From assembly GCA_963779415.1 (NCBI GenBank), contig CAVZYA010000002.1, forward strand, positions 1,056,001-1,120,000: a DNA stretch of 64,000 nt, written 5' to 3'. The position numbers and the translations under genes are program-made. Origin of the DNA: an uncultured Acidobacteriota bacterium. Lineage in GTDB: Bacteria > Acidobacteriota > Thermoanaerobaculia > UBA5066. Below, one piece after another: positions 53,207 through 64,000 of this stretch (its first letter is position 1; the number at the start of each line of letters is the position of its first letter). The notes below the pieces were generated by a model. The model was given only the letters and a program-made list of their open reading frames with translations, searched no databases and was not told the origin of the DNA.

Positions 53207-55887
53207 CTACGCCGACGCGAGCTGGCGGAGGACGAAGTGGAGGATGCCGCCGTTCCGGTAGTAGTCGACCTCGTTCGGGGTGTCGAGGCGGCAGGTGACG
53301 GTGAAGGTCGTCTTCTTGCCGTCCTCGGCCGTCGCGGTGACGGTCAGGTTCTTCTTGGGCGAGAGCTCCTTCGAGATGCCGGAAATCGCGAAGCTCTCCT
53401 TTCCCGTCAGGCCGAGCGACGCCGCGTCCTGCCCGGCCTCGAACTGGAGCGGGAGGACCCCCATCCCGGCGAGGTTCGAGCGGTGGATCCGCTCGAAGCT
53501 CTTCGCGATCACCGCCTTGATTCCGAGGAGGTACGTCCCCTTCGCGGCCCAGTCGCGCGAGCTGCCGGTCCCGTACTCGGCGCCGGCCACCACGACGAGG
53601 GGAGTCTTCGCCGCCTGGTACTTCATCGACGCGTCGTAGATGGAGATTTGCTCGTTCGTCGGGAAGTGGAGCGTGACGTTTCCCTCGCTCCCGGGAATGA
53701 GGAGGTTCCGGAGCCGGATGTTGCCGAAGGTGCCGCGCATCATGACTTCGTGATTGCCGCGGCGGGCGCCGTAGGAGTTGAAGTCCTTCTGCTCGACGCC
53801 GTGCTCGACGAGGTACTTCGCGGCCGGCGACGTCTTCGCGATGTTTCCGGCCGGGGAAATGTGGTCGGTCGTGACGGAGTCGCCCAGGAGAACGAGACAG
53901 CGGGCGCCCGAGATCTCCTTCACCGGGGCCGGCTCCTTCGCGATCTTCTCGAAGAAGGGGGGCTTACGGACGTAGGTGGACTTCTCCTCCCAGAGATAGG
54001 TCCGCCCCTTCGGCACCTTCAGCCCCTGCCAGTTCCGGTCCCCGTCGAACACCTCGCCGTAGGCCTTCTTGAACTGCGAAGGCTTGAGGGAGGAGATCAT
54101 CGCCGCCTGGATCTCTTCCGGGGCCGGCCAGATGTCCTTGAGAAAGACCGGCGTCCCGTTCCGGTCGACGCCGAGCGGCTCGGTCACGAGGTCCTTGTCC
54201 ATCTCGCCGGCCAGCGCGTACGCCACGACGAGCGGCGGCGAGGCGAGGTAGTTCATCTTCACCTGCGGGTTGATCCGCCCTTCGAAGTTGCGGTTCCCGG
54301 AAAGGACTCCCGCCACGACGAGGTCGGCGCTCTTCACGGCCTCCGACACGGCTTTCGGGGAGCGGGCCGGAGTTGCCGATGCAGGTCGTGCAGCCGTAGC
54401 CGACGAGGTGGAATCCGAGCGCCTCGAGATACGGCATGAGGCCGGCGTCGGTGAGGTAGTCGGTCACGACCTTGGAGCCGGGGGCGAGCGAGGTCTTCAC
54501 CCACGGCTTCACGGTGAGGCCGCGCTCGACGGCCTTCTTCGCGAGGAGGCCGGCGCCGAGGAGGACCGACGGGTTCGAGGTGTTCGTGCAGGAGGTGATG
54601 GCGGCGATGACGACGCCTCCCTGCGGGATCTCGTACGAGATCCGCCCGTCCTTCACCGAGCCGGTCTTCGCGTCGGAGCCCGCGGGCTGCTTCTCGAGGA
54701 AGACCTTGAGCGACTCGCGGAACGCCTTCTTCGACTCCCGGAGCGGGACGCGGTCCTGCGGCCGGCGCGGCCCGGCGAGGGAGGGCTCGACGTCCGCGAG
54801 ATTCAGCTCCAGCGTGTCGGTGAACACGGGCTCGGGCGAATCCTTCGTCCGGAAGAGCCCCTGCTTCTTGCAGTAGGCCTCGGCGAGGGCGACGGTCTTC
54901 GCCGGGCGCCCGGTGAACTTCAGGTACCGGATCGTCTCGGCGTCGACGGGGAAGAAGCCCATCGTGGCGCCGTACTCCGGGGCCATGTTGGCGATCGTGG
55001 CGCGGTCGGTCAGGGCGAGCGCGGCGACGCCGGGCCCGTAGAACTCGACGAACTTCCCGACGACCCCCTTCTTCCGGAGCATCTGGGTCACGGTCAGGAC
55101 GAGGTCGGTCGCCGTCGCGCCGGCGGGGAGCGTCCCCTTCAGCTTGAAGCCGACGACATCGGGGATCAGCATCGACTGCGGCTGGCCGAGAAGGGCGGCC
55201 TCCGCCTCGATCCCGCCGACGCCCCAGCCGAGAACGCCGAGCCCGTTGATCATCGTCGTGTGGCTGTCGGTCCCGACGACCGTGTCGGGATAGGCGGTCT
55301 TCCCCTCGCCCGAAAAGACGACGCTCGCGAGGTACTCGAGGTTCACCTGGTGGCAGATCCCGGTGTCGGGGGGGACGACGCGGAAGTTCCGGAAGGCGTT
55401 CTGTCCCCAGCGGAGGAAGGCGTACCGCTCCCGGTTCCGCTCGAACTCGATCTGGGCGTTCGCGGCGAACGCCGTGCGTAGAGGCGAACTGGTCGACGAT
55501 GACGGAGTGGTCGATGACGAGGTCGGCCGGAGCCAGGGGGTTGATCTTCTCGGGGTTTCCGCCCATTTCGGCCAGCGCCTCGCGCATCGTCGCGAGGTCG
55601 ACGACGGCCGGGACGCCGGTGAAGTCCTGCAGAAGGACGCGCGCCGGGCGGAAGGCGATCTCCCGGTCGGTCGGCTTCTTCACGTCCCGCGTCGCGAGAG
55701 CCTCGATGTCCTCTTTGTGGACGGAGCGGCCGTCCTCGTGCCGGAGGAGGTTCTCGAGGAGGATCCGGAGGGAGAAGGGGAGCTTCCGGACCCGGGGAAA
55801 CTTCTTCTCGAGGGCCTTGAGGTCGTAGATCGTGTAGCTTGCAGATCCCACCTTGAGGCGGGTCTTCGTGTTGTAGCTGTCGTGCAT
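53207..55887 (-). CDS. acnA: Aconitate hydratase A, frameshifted near 55480 and 54355
   Basis: [75 protein letters not shown]. Confidence 0.95.
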
Positions 55888-55991
55888 GGGACCTCCGAAA
55901 GCTCCGCTGGAGGCGGGCGGCGGAATTCTAGTTGAGGGAGGGGCTCTTTCGACCGGCAGACGGCCCGATCTGATGCATCTGCTTCTCCGAA

Positions 55992-56717
55992 TCAGCGGGC
56001 CGACGCCGGGGAGGGGGCACCGGCCGGGAGGCGCGAGATCCGCCGGACCATCTCGTCCCACTCCGAATGCGTGAGCGCCTTCTGGAGGGCGGCGACGCTC
56101 GCAGCGAACCGGTCGTCCAGCTTCGCCTGAGTCTTGTCGAATCCCTCGATCCCCGACACGAAGTCGTCCCGCCTGGAACTCTGTTTTTCGAGGAGGCGGA
56201 AAAGCTCTCTCCGCGCCGCCTCCCGGTCTTCGGAGTTCCGTTCCACGACGTTTCCCATCTCCTTGAGGGCCTTGTCGATCTGCGGGCGCCGCGCCGGGTC
56301 GCTCACGAGCGAGGGAATTTCATTCTTGACGCCCTCGAAGAGCGTCGGCTCCGGGCCGCTGGACGTGAAGTCCTCGACCAGTTTCTTCCACTGGTCCTTC
56401 GGGAAGTCGCCCCGGACGGCGAGAAGCGCCTCGACGGCGTCGAGCGCGGCGAGCCGCCGCGTCCTGCGGAAATTCTCGAGGGCCATGTAATGGTCGGACG
56501 CCGTCGCGCCCCAGGTGAGGAAGACGGATTTCCGCTGGGCGTCGGCCTGCCGGATCGTCGTGACGGCCTTCTCGATGCGCGCCTGCGTGGCCGGGTCGAG
56601 GCTGCCCTGCTGGGCAGGGGCGGAGATCGCGGCGGCGAGAAAGGCCACGAGGCCGAAAGTGCGGAACGCCGTCGAGGAAGAACTCATGTTCGGAAGTCGC
56701 CGAAGCACCTGCATCAT
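55992..56717 (-). CDS. Secreted helical hypothetical protein
   Basis: Signal-like segment FGLVAFLAAAISAPA; alpha-helical heptad-like body. Confidence 0.6.
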   Translation of the reverse strand: MMQVLRRLPNMSSSSTAFRTFGLVAFLAAAISAPAQQGSLDPATQARIEKAVTTIRQADAQRKSVFLTWGATASDHYMALENFRRTRRLAALDAVEALLAVRGDFPKDQWKKLVEDFTSSGPEPTLFEGVKNEIPSLVSDPARRPQIDKALKEMGNVVERNSEDREAARRELFRLLEKQSSRRDDFVSGIEGFDKTQAKLDDRFAASVAALQKALTHSEWDEMVRRISRLPAGAPSPASAR

Positions 56718-56827
56718 GCCACGAGCGTCCGGAACAGGGCCGGGCGCCGCGCCTCACCTCTCCACTTCCGCTATATTCCCCCGGCCCCGGAACGCTCGAC
56801 CGACGGTTTCGAGCGGGAGGATTCCCC

Positions 56828-58822
56828 GTGAGATCGCGTCCCCCGCTTCTATCGGGGGGTATCGCTCCGCTTCTTCTGGTCACGTGCCTCTCGGCGTTCC
56901 CCTCCGGGGCCGAGGAGCGGTTTCACCTTTTCCCGGAGACCGAAGGCCCTCCACCCTCGCCGCGCCTCCGCAGCCAGGTCGAGGGCTTACCGCCCGCCTC
57001 GCCGCTCGCGGAATTCACCGCGGCGACGGCCCTGCCCGTCTCCTCTCAGGCGCCCTCACTTCCGCCGGAGATCCTCCCCCCTATCCGACGGAGAAGCGCT
57101 TCGCGGCGGCGGCGCTCGAGACGATCGGGCTCGATCTCGTTCCCTGGTACCTCAACCGCTACGCCGCCGACTCTTTCTTCGCCGAGATCTCCACGGCGTC
57201 CACCCGGCACAACCTCCAGACAGGCTTCACGTACGACCACGATCCGTTCCCGACCAACCAGGCGTCGCACCCGTACCACGGGAGCGCCTACTTCAACGCG
57301 GCCCGGACGAACGGCTACTCGTTCTGAGAGTCGGCCCCCTTCGCGCTCGCCGGCAGCTTCTTATGGGAGATGTTCTCGGAGAGCCAGCCCCCCTCGATTC
57401 CCGATCTCGTCCAGACGACCTTGGGCGGCATGGCCTGGGGCGAGGGCCAGTTCCGTATCGCGAACATGATCTTCGACAACACGAAGAGCGGCTCCGAGAG
57501 GTTTCTCCGGGAGGCAGCGGGGCTCGTAGTGAACCCGATGGCCGGCTTCAACCGGCTTCTCCGCGGCGAGATGTGGAAGGACTTCCAGAACCCGCCGGAC
57601 CGCTATCCGGGCCGGCTCTACACGGAGCTGGACGGCGCCTACATCCACAATGGCGGGGCGGCGGCCGAAGGGACCTATCGGGACCAGGGAGGCGTCTCCG
57701 TCCTTCTGCGCTATGGAGACCCGTTCGACGGGGACCTCCGGCGCCCGTTCGACAGCTTCGAGGTCCTGCTGGGCCTTAGAGAGCCGGCTCCCGTCCTCCT
57801 GACGCGGCTCGACATCGACGGGCTTCTCGCGGAGTGGAAGCTCTCCGAAGAACCGGCGTCCGGGCAGAGGCTCGCGCTCTTTTTTGCCGGCTACTACCTC
57901 AACACGCCCCCCTGGGTCTTCGGGGCACAGGCTTTCGGCGTGCGCCACCTGACTCTCGTTCCGCTCGGAAGGGAAACCGATCTCCGGACAGAGGCTTCGG
58001 TGATGGGGATGCCGCTCGCGGCCTTTGGCGTCGACTATCCCGAGACGGGCATGGCAAGCCCGATCGGCCGGACGTACGACTACGGGCCGGGGCTCGGGGC
58101 GCAGGCGAGCGCCCGGGTGAGGCGGCGCGAGGTCGACCTTCTCGTCCTCTCCTGGTCGCTCATCGGCACCACCACGTCCAACGGCATCTCGAATCACAGC
58201 CGACTCCAGACGCTTTCCGCCGAGGCCCGGGCACCGCTCACCTCCCACCTCCTTCTCGGTGGAGCCTGGTCCTGGAGCGAGCGGCTGACCACGTACCCGT
58301 CTCTTTCCACGGTCCGTCTCGCCGGCACGTCGTGGAGCCTCCTCGCCGGGTGGGCGATCCCCGAAAGCCGGGGAGTTCCGGACCGGGGAAACGAGACGCC
58401 GGCTTCGCCGCCTGCCGGGCCGGACGTCGCCGGGCGCTTCGACTTGAGCGCGTTCGCGGGAGCTCTCTTCGGCACCCGTGACGGTCGACAACTGGGAGCT
58501 GGACGGTCTCTTCGGATTCGGCAGCCGGACGGTACGTGGCTATGTCGGCGTCGGGGGAGGCTTTCAGTCGATCCGCCCCTCCGTTCCCAGCCTCGACGCC
58601 TCGAGGGCGACCACGCGTTTCGCCGCGAACATCGCGCTCGGCGGGCTCTACTTCGTCACTCCCCATATCGCGCTGCGTGCGGACGGCCGTTACCGCTGGC
58701 GCGTGGCCGACGAGCGGGTCGGCAGTTTCGGCTGCGAGCCCGAGCCGATCGGCTGCAAGCCCTTCACGACGGATCTTTACTCGACGGGCGAGGTGACCGG
58801 CGGGGTGACCTTTCGCTTCTGA
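56828..58822 (+). pseudogene. DUF3943-like outer-membrane protein with C-terminal barrel; disrupted
   Basis: DHDPFPTNQASHPYHGSAYFNAARTNGYSF*ES..WEMFSE..PS..D..TTLGG. In-frame TGA at 57325-57327, frameshifts near 57080 and 58480, ends ..GVTFRF. Confidence 0.6.
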
Positions 58823-58995
58823 GCGGAAGCCCGTGTCGCGGCCTTCGATAAGACGGGGACGAAGGTTCCGGGGGGACGGGGGCCCGAAGCCTGAGGGGAA
58901 GTTCGAGGACGCCGTCCCCGCTCTCCTCTTCGCCGCCTCCGCCATCGTGACGGGGCTGGTCGGCCGCGCGCAGGGAGTCGCCGCGAAACCGCCGC

Positions 58996-59472
58996 TCAGC
59001 GCTCCGAAAGCTCCGCGGCGAAGGTCGCTGAGTCGACGACGCGCACGCCTTTCGAGGCGAGGGAAGAGAAGTGGCGGAGGTTATCCGTGACCACCACGGT
59101 CGCCGCCGCCTGACGAGCGATCTCGCCGATGTGCGCGTCGTAAACACGTCCGCCGACCAGATGCCCCTGGGTCAGGCCCATCAAGAAGGGCCGTCGGACG
59201 GCGCTCGGCAACTCCAGAATCTGAAACCTGCCGAGGATCTCTTCTTCCATCAGGCGGCAAGCGTCCGCCGGCGACAGGCGAAACTCCTCGGGCAGGCGGG
59301 TCGAAACCGCGAAGAACTCCAGGCAGCAGTGCCATGCCGTGAGCGGCCGAAGGAGCCGGCCCTCGGCGACCGACGTCAGGATCTCCTGGGCGGGTCGGGG
59401 CGCGGGACCGATCTCGACGAGGCCCGCGAGAAGGACGCTCGTGTCGAGGAATACCCGCGTCAAACGGGCCAT
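58996..59472 (-). CDS. PIN-domain toxin (VapC-like)
   Basis: FLDTSVL, LEFFAVSTR, GRVYDAHI, VVTDNLRHF. Confidence 0.9.
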   Translation of the reverse strand: MARLTRVFLDTSVLLAGLVEIGPAPRPAQEILTSVAEGRLLRPLTAWHCCLEFFAVSTRLPEEFRLSPADACRLMEEEILGRFQILELPSAVRRPFLMGLTQGHLVGGRVYDAHIGEIARQAAATVVVTDNLRHFSSLASKGVRVVDSATFAAELSER

Positions 59473-59717
59473 CGGCTCCGCTCTTCCTCCACGAGGGCGG
59501 CGATATCAAGCGTTGGGAGGTCTCGCGCCGGCACGGATGGCCGGGCCAGCAGCCTTCGGCCCACCTTTACGAGACGGGGTCCGGGTACCTTCCGAAACAG
59601 CCGCACCGACACATCGTCCAGTACGACCTCCAGCGTCGTGCCGGGCCGGAGCCCGGCGCGCGCGCGAAGGGGGGCCGGAATGACCACCCGCCCTGCCTTG
59701 TCAATGGTTGTTCGCAT
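59460..59717 (-). CDS. AbrB/MazE-type antitoxin (VapB-like)
   Basis: MRTTIDKAGRVVIPAPLR..GLRPGT; overlaps the toxin start. Confidence 0.9.
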   Translation of the reverse strand: MRTTIDKAGRVVIPAPLRARAGLRPGTTLEVVLDDVSVRLFRKVPGPRLVKVGRRLLARPSVPARDLPTLDIAALVEEERSRWPV

Positions 59718-59819
59718 GCCATCAATCTACCATACACACGGCTCGTCCGGCATCTGCTGAGGATCCGGGGTCCGCCCGGTTCCGGCCGAAGCGCCAGGCC
59801 GGCCGGGCCGTGGGCCGTC

Positions 59820-60365
59820 GTGGCGGCCTGGGGACCCGGCGGTTGGGCGGCGACGAGCGGAAACGTCTACCACCAATACGGAGCGACGTCGGGCGTCTCC
59901 CGCAGCTCGGCCGGCTACAACGCCTGGACCGGGAACTCCTGGAGCAGCAAGGTAGGGACCTCGTACAACTCTGTGACCGGACGCGTCTCGGCGGGGCAGA
60001 CGGCCTCCGTCTCGAACGCGTACACCGGCAACTACGCTACCGGCAGCCGGGGCGCGACGTACAACCCGACGACAGGCGTAGCCGCATCCGGCGGGAAAGC
60101 CACCGTTGGGAACGCATACACCGGTCAACAGGCCACGGTGGGGCACGCCGAAATGAGCGGGCCGGGCGGCCAGACCGCCCGCGTTCAGCAGGTGAACGGC
60201 AACACCTACGCCGAGAAGGACGGCAGCGTCTACAAGAACAGCGGCAGCGGGTGGCAGCAGAACAACGGCAGCGGAGGGAACAGAAGCTACGGCGGGGGTG
60301 GTGGCGGCAGAAGCTGGGGCGGCGGCGGCAGCTTCGGCGGCTTCCACGGAGGCGGGCGCCGCTGA
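59820..60365 (+). pseudogene. Orphan C-terminal fragment of a Gly/Ser/Asn/Tyr-rich repeat protein
   Basis: YNAWTG/YNSVTG/NAYTG/YNPTTG repeats, YAEKDGSVYK, RGG-like tail; no signal peptide, RBS or convincing start. Confidence 0.5.
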
Positions 60366-60379
60366 CCTAGAATCTCCCC

Positions 60380-61174
60380 GTGGATTCTTTACGGCCGTTC
60401 CACGCCACCGCCCCGTGGCTTCTTGCGGCCTTTCTCACCGCCCCGCTCTCCGCGGCGGCCGGGTTTTTCGACGATCTGCCACGCCGTGGCTACATCCAGC
60501 AGGACGCACAGGTCGACGCCGTCCGGCGGGGCTCCGGGGTCGATCGGAGCGTCGTCGCGACGATCCGCTACCTCTCCATCCGCCTCGATCCCGGGAGCCG
60601 CGGAATCGCGATGGACCTCTGGCCGGTCCGATCGATGCTTCTCGTCGAGTACGCCGACGGCACGCGGATCGTCTTCGAGCGCGTCGACCGGGCGCCGGAC
60701 CCGAGCCACCCCGGGGACGGGGCGCCGGTCGGCAGGATCGGCCTCGACGGAAATGCCGTCGAGCTGTTTCGGCGGATTCCCGGAGCCGGCGGCGGCGCGC
60801 CGCTCCCGAACGCCTGCTCGGGGGCGTACGACGTTCTCGTCGCGGGAGGTCGGAATTTTCCCGTCGCGCCGGAGGACCTCGACGCCCCGACCGTGCGGGC
60901 GGGAATCGCCCGCTTTCTCGACGCGGCTCTCTCGTCGGGAGATCGAGAGACGATCGACCGGAGCGTTCCCCTTGTCCGGCGCGCGTCGCAGTCGCAGACA
61001 TTTCCGCTCGGGCCGCTCGACGTCTTGAGGACGCTCTTCCCCGGCCGGGAGTTCGCCTCGGCCGCCGAGGGGATCACCTTCGAGCCGACGCAGGTGACCC
61101 CCCTCGACCTCGGAGGCGCCTTCCGGAGCCTGACCGACGCACCGGAGCTCCTCCCCGGACTCCCGGCGTACTGA
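60380..61174 (+). CDS. Secreted hypothetical protein
   Basis: Signal-like N-terminus; codon usage as in the flanks. Confidence 0.55.
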   Translation: MDSLRPFHATAPWLLAAFLTAPLSAAAGFFDDLPRRGYIQQDAQVDAVRRGSGVDRSVVATIRYLSIRLDPGSRGIAMDLWPVRSMLLVEYADGTRIVFERVDRAPDPSHPGDGAPVGRIGLDGNAVELFRRIPGAGGGAPLPNACSGAYDVLVAGGRNFPVAPEDLDAPTVRAGIARFLDAALSSGDRETIDRSVPLVRRASQSQTFPLGPLDVLRTLFPGREFASAAEGITFEPTQVTPLDLGGAFRSLTDAPELLPGLPAY

Positions 61175-61176
61175 CG

Positions 61177-61809
61177 ATGGTCGCCATTCGCCGCTCCGCC
61201 CTCACGCTCGTCGGATTCGTCCTCGGCGTCGCCGCGGCGGCGCCTCTCGCGGGACAGGAGGTCCGGATGGTCCGGTTCTTCCGCGACGGAAACCCGGGGA
61301 GCATCTCGAGCGTCCGGGTCTCGCGCACGACGCCCGACGGAGAGACGGTGATCTTCGCGATCCAGGGCCCGGCCGGCCGGCGGCTCTTCCTCAGGTGGCA
61401 GCCGTCGGATTCCGGGAGCGTCTTCCATGAGGTCTGGCTCGACGCGCGCCCCGGTCTTTCGGTGACGCGCCGCGGCCGCGAGCCCGCCGTCGTCGAAGGG
61501 GGCGGCTGGTCGCTCCAGCTCTTCGAGCCGGACCTCGGCCGGCGCACCGTCCGCTGCTGGCTCGGAATCGTCGCGTCGAAGGTCGACCCGCGCCTCCTGA
61601 CGGCGGCCGCCGACTTCGGGGCCCTCTACGAGGCTTCCGGCCTGGGCCCGCTCGACCCGGCGTTCTATCCGGTCTGGCTCCTCTGGCACGTGGACGAGCC
61701 CGCCTCCCTTCCGCCGGGCGGTCCCCTCAAGTCCGAAGCCGGGCCGTTCTCCGGCGCGCCGTGGGACGACCTCGCGCGACTCGGTCTCGAGGAACTGGGC
61801 CGGCCGTGA
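61177..61809 (+). CDS. Secreted hypothetical protein
   Basis: MVAIRRSALTLVGFVLGVAAAAPLAG signal; starts 2 nt after the upstream stop. Confidence 0.55.
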   Translation: MVAIRRSALTLVGFVLGVAAAAPLAGQEVRMVRFFRDGNPGSISSVRVSRTTPDGETVIFAIQGPAGRRLFLRWQPSDSGSVFHEVWLDARPGLSVTRRGREPAVVEGGGWSLQLFEPDLGRRTVRCWLGIVASKVDPRLLTAAADFGALYEASGLGPLDPAFYPVWLLWHVDEPASLPPGGPLKSEAGPFSGAPWDDLARLGLEELGRP

Positions 61810-63155
61810 CGGGTCCGGACTCACCGCGGGCTCCGTCGGACACTCCCCCCCAGTCCTCCGCGAAGAAGCCGGGAGGCTTCGCCCATCTCCTCCTTCACCT
61901 CCATCCCAAGTTGGTCCCCGAGGAGACTCTCGCTCTGGAGCGGACGTTCGGCCTCGGGGGGGTGGCGCTCGTCCTCTTCCTCGTCCTGATCGCGAGCGGA
62001 GCGCTCCTTCTCTTCGCGTACGAGCCGTCCACCGAGCGTGCCTGGGGGGCGGTCCGCGCCCTGGAGGACGAGGTGCCGTTCGGCGGCTTCGTCCGCGCGG
62101 TCCACCACTGGGCCGGGAACCTCTTCCTCGTCGTCGCGGCCCTTCACCTCCTCCGCGTCTTCTATACGGGAGCGTACCTTCCGCCGCGCCGCTTCAACTG
62201 GCTTCTCGGCCTTGGCCTTCTCGCGCTCGTGGCGCTCGGAAACTTCACCGGCTACCTCCTCCCGTGGGATCAGCTCGCCTACTGGGCCGTGACGATCGGG
62301 ACGGGGATGCTGAAGTACGTCCCCCTCGCCGGCGAGGGGCTCGTCCGGATGGCGCGCGGGGGCGCGGACGTCTCTCCCAAGACGCTCTCCCTCTTCTTCG
62401 TCTTCCACATCGCCATCATTCCGATCCTCCTCTTCGGCCTCGTCTCGTTCCACTTCTGGCTCGTCCGGAAAGCGGGGGGGGTGATGCGGAGGAGCCCGGT
62501 GGAGGGCGCCGCCGCGCGGCCCCGGCTCGTCCCGGTGAGCCCCGACCTCATCGTCCGCGAAGGAGCCGCCGCGCTCGTCACTCTCGCGGCCGTCTTTCTT
62601 TCGGCCGCGATCTTAAGGGCTCCGCTGGAAACCGCCGCCAACCCCGGCCTCTCCCCGAATCCCGCGAAGGCACCCTGGTACTTCATGGGAGTCCAGGAGC
62701 TGCTCGTCCAGATCCACCCGACGTTCGCGGTCCTCGTCGTACCGCTTCTCGGCGCGGCATTCCTCGCTGGCCTCCCGTTTCTGCGCTATACGGAGCCGTC
62801 GGACGGGTGCTGGTTCCGCTCGGCGCGGGGACGGAGATCGGCGGCGCTTTCGGCCGTCGCGGCGCTCGTCCTGACGCCCTCCGCGATTCTTCTCGCCGAG
62901 CGCGGGATCCGGCCGGACCGGCTCTTTCCGAAGCTCGCCCCCGTTGTCTCCGCGGGCGTCCTCCCGCTCGCGATCTGGGCGATCCTGACCGGAGCACTTC
63001 TCTTCGCCCTCGTCCGGACGCTCTCTCTCTCTCGACTCGAGGCGGTTCAGGCGCTCTTTACCTTCATTTTCGTCGTCTTCCTCGTCCTCACCATCGTCGG
63101 CACTCTTTTTCGCGGGCCGAGCATGCGGCTCTTCCTTCCGGGAGGAGGGACATGA
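61806..63155 (+). CDS. Cytochrome b of a Rieske/cytb complex (b6-like domain fused to a subunit-IV-like region plus extra TMs)
   Basis: RAVHHWAGN..LHLLRVF, GYLLPWDQLAYWA, FHIAIIPILLFGLVSFH, NPAKAPWYF. Confidence 0.9.
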   Translation: MTGPDSPRAPSDTPPQSSAKKPGGFAHLLLHLHPKLVPEETLALERTFGLGGVALVLFLVLIASGALLLFAYEPSTERAWGAVRALEDEVPFGGFVRAVHHWAGNLFLVVAALHLLRVFYTGAYLPPRRFNWLLGLGLLALVALGNFTGYLLPWDQLAYWAVTIGTGMLKYVPLAGEGLVRMARGGADVSPKTLSLFFVFHIAIIPILLFGLVSFHFWLVRKAGGVMRRSPVEGAAARPRLVPVSPDLIVREGAAALVTLAAVFLSAAILRAPLETAANPGLSPNPAKAPWYFMGVQELLVQIHPTFAVLVVPLLGAAFLAGLPFLRYTEPSDGCWFRSARGRRSAALSAVAALVLTPSAILLAERGIRPDRLFPKLAPVVSAGVLPLAIWAILTGALLFALVRTLSLSRLEAVQALFTFIFVVFLVLTIVGTLFRGPSMRLFLPGGGT

Positions 63156-63637
63156 CGCCGGAACCGGGCGTCTCCCGGCGGGGCGTTCTCGGCCACCTCT
63201 GGAAGATCCTCGGCCTGGCCGCGGCCGCGGAGGCGGCGGTCGTCATCGTGGCTTTCCTCTGGCCGCGCAAGGGGAAGGAGGGGGCGCGGGGCGGCCTCGT
63301 CGTGGCCGGCCCCGTCGCGGAGTTCACCCCTGCCTCGGTGACGCCTTTTCCTGCGCACCGCTTCTACCTCGTGAGGCTCACGGACGGCGGCTTTCTCGCC
63401 CTCTCGAGCATCTGCTCGCACCTCGAGTGCAGCGTTCCGTGGAACGAGAGGGACCGGACCTTCCCCTGTCCCTGCCACGGTTCCGTCTTCGACATGACGG
63501 GCGAGGTGAAGAGCCCCCCCGCGCCGCGCCCCCTCGACCTCTTTCCGGTCACGCTCGAAGGGGGGATCGTCCGCGTCGACACGAGCCGGAAGATCCGCCG
63601 CTCTAAGTTCGAGCCGTCGCAGGTCGTCCGCCTGTGA
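63152..63637 (+). CDS. Rieske 2Fe-2S protein
   Basis: Tat motif SRRGVL plus TM helix, CSHLEC and CPCHGS boxes, PAPRPL. Confidence 0.92.
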   Translation: MTPEPGVSRRGVLGHLWKILGLAAAAEAAVVIVAFLWPRKGKEGARGGLVVAGPVAEFTPASVTPFPAHRFYLVRLTDGGFLALSSICSHLECSVPWNERDRTFPCPCHGSVFDMTGEVKSPPAPRPLDLFPVTLEGGIVRVDTSRKIRRSKFEPSQVVRL

Positions 63638-64000
63638 GCGAAAGCGTCCCCGCTGCCCCCTCCGACGCCCCGGACCCGCTGCGTGGGTACCGGCTTGCGG
63701 CCGTCGCGGCGGCAGCCGTCGTCGTCCTCTCCGTTCCGCTCTACCTCGGGCTTCGCACCCTCGCCGGCCCGCCGAAGAGCGCGATCGCCTTGCCGCGCTA
63801 TGTCGGAAGCGACAGATGCGCGGCGTGCCACAAGCCGGCCTTCGACAAGTGGAAGGTCTCGAACCATGCCCTCGCCATGCAGGCGGCGAGACCGGAGACC
63901 GTTCTCGGCGACTTTTCCGGCGCGACCTTTCCGCACCGAGGAAAGACGTGGCGCTTCTACCGGCGTGGCGAGAAGTTCCTCGTCGATGCCGAAGGGCCCG
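63634..64000 (+). CDS. c-type cytochrome (c554/c552-like multiheme family), runs off the window
   Basis: TM anchor then YVGSDRCAACHK..W..SNHALAM..VLGDF; only one CxxCH is visible in the window. Confidence 0.8.
   Translation, partial: MSESVPAAPSDAPDPLRGYRLAAVAAAAVVVLSVPLYLGLRTLAGPPKSAIALPRYVGSDRCAACHKPAFDKWKVSNHALAMQAARPETVLGDFSGATFPHRGKTWRFYRRGEKFLVDAEGP

Noticed and set aside
57325-57327. Selenocysteine or code-4 reading of the in-frame TGA
   Set aside because: The position corresponds to Trp rather than Cys, TGA is the normal stop for many genes here, and no SECIS-like context is evident.

Overview
GC-rich, gene-dense bacterial window, probably from an anaerobe or facultative anaerobe. 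Scattered single-base indels split several ordinary genes, which suggests an imperfectly polished long-read assembly. From left to right: (1) 1-12.9 kb, a co-directional operon built around an uncharacterised glycyl radical enzyme (GRE) with a non-canonical Cys loop (GACVGS). It also encodes the activating enzyme, a catalytically degenerate PfkA-fold protein, a DszB/SsuA-fold protein, a CoA-disulfide/persulfide reductase-rhodanese, an Fe-S protein and BASS, SulP and outer-membrane uptake genes. This is the best candidate for an undescribed system. (2) 13.4-16.5 kb, a FixL/FixJ-like two-component system bracketed by three copies of the palindrome TTGGACC-AA-GGTCCAA. (3) 16.6-27.2 kb, HdeD, ROK glucokinase, gnd and zwf running directly into a signal-less PsrA/PhsA-like molybdoenzyme, a PsrB-like subunit and a degenerate-NuoF/GltD fusion. 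(4) 27-45 kb, ion transporters, a ClsC-like PLD, ppk2, an aquaporin, pgl, glucose dehydrogenase, an esterase, GH13 and GH63. (5) 45-51 kb, a DUF4178/DUF350/SpeE/FAD-oxidoreductase cluster. (6) RelE/Phd, a lower-GC HEPN-motif gene, acnA, a decayed DUF3943 gene, VapBC, and the start of a cytochrome b/Rieske/multiheme cytochrome c operon. No rRNA, tRNA, CRISPR array, integrase or transposase was recognised. Family assignments come from motif recognition and recalled sequences, not from database searches.
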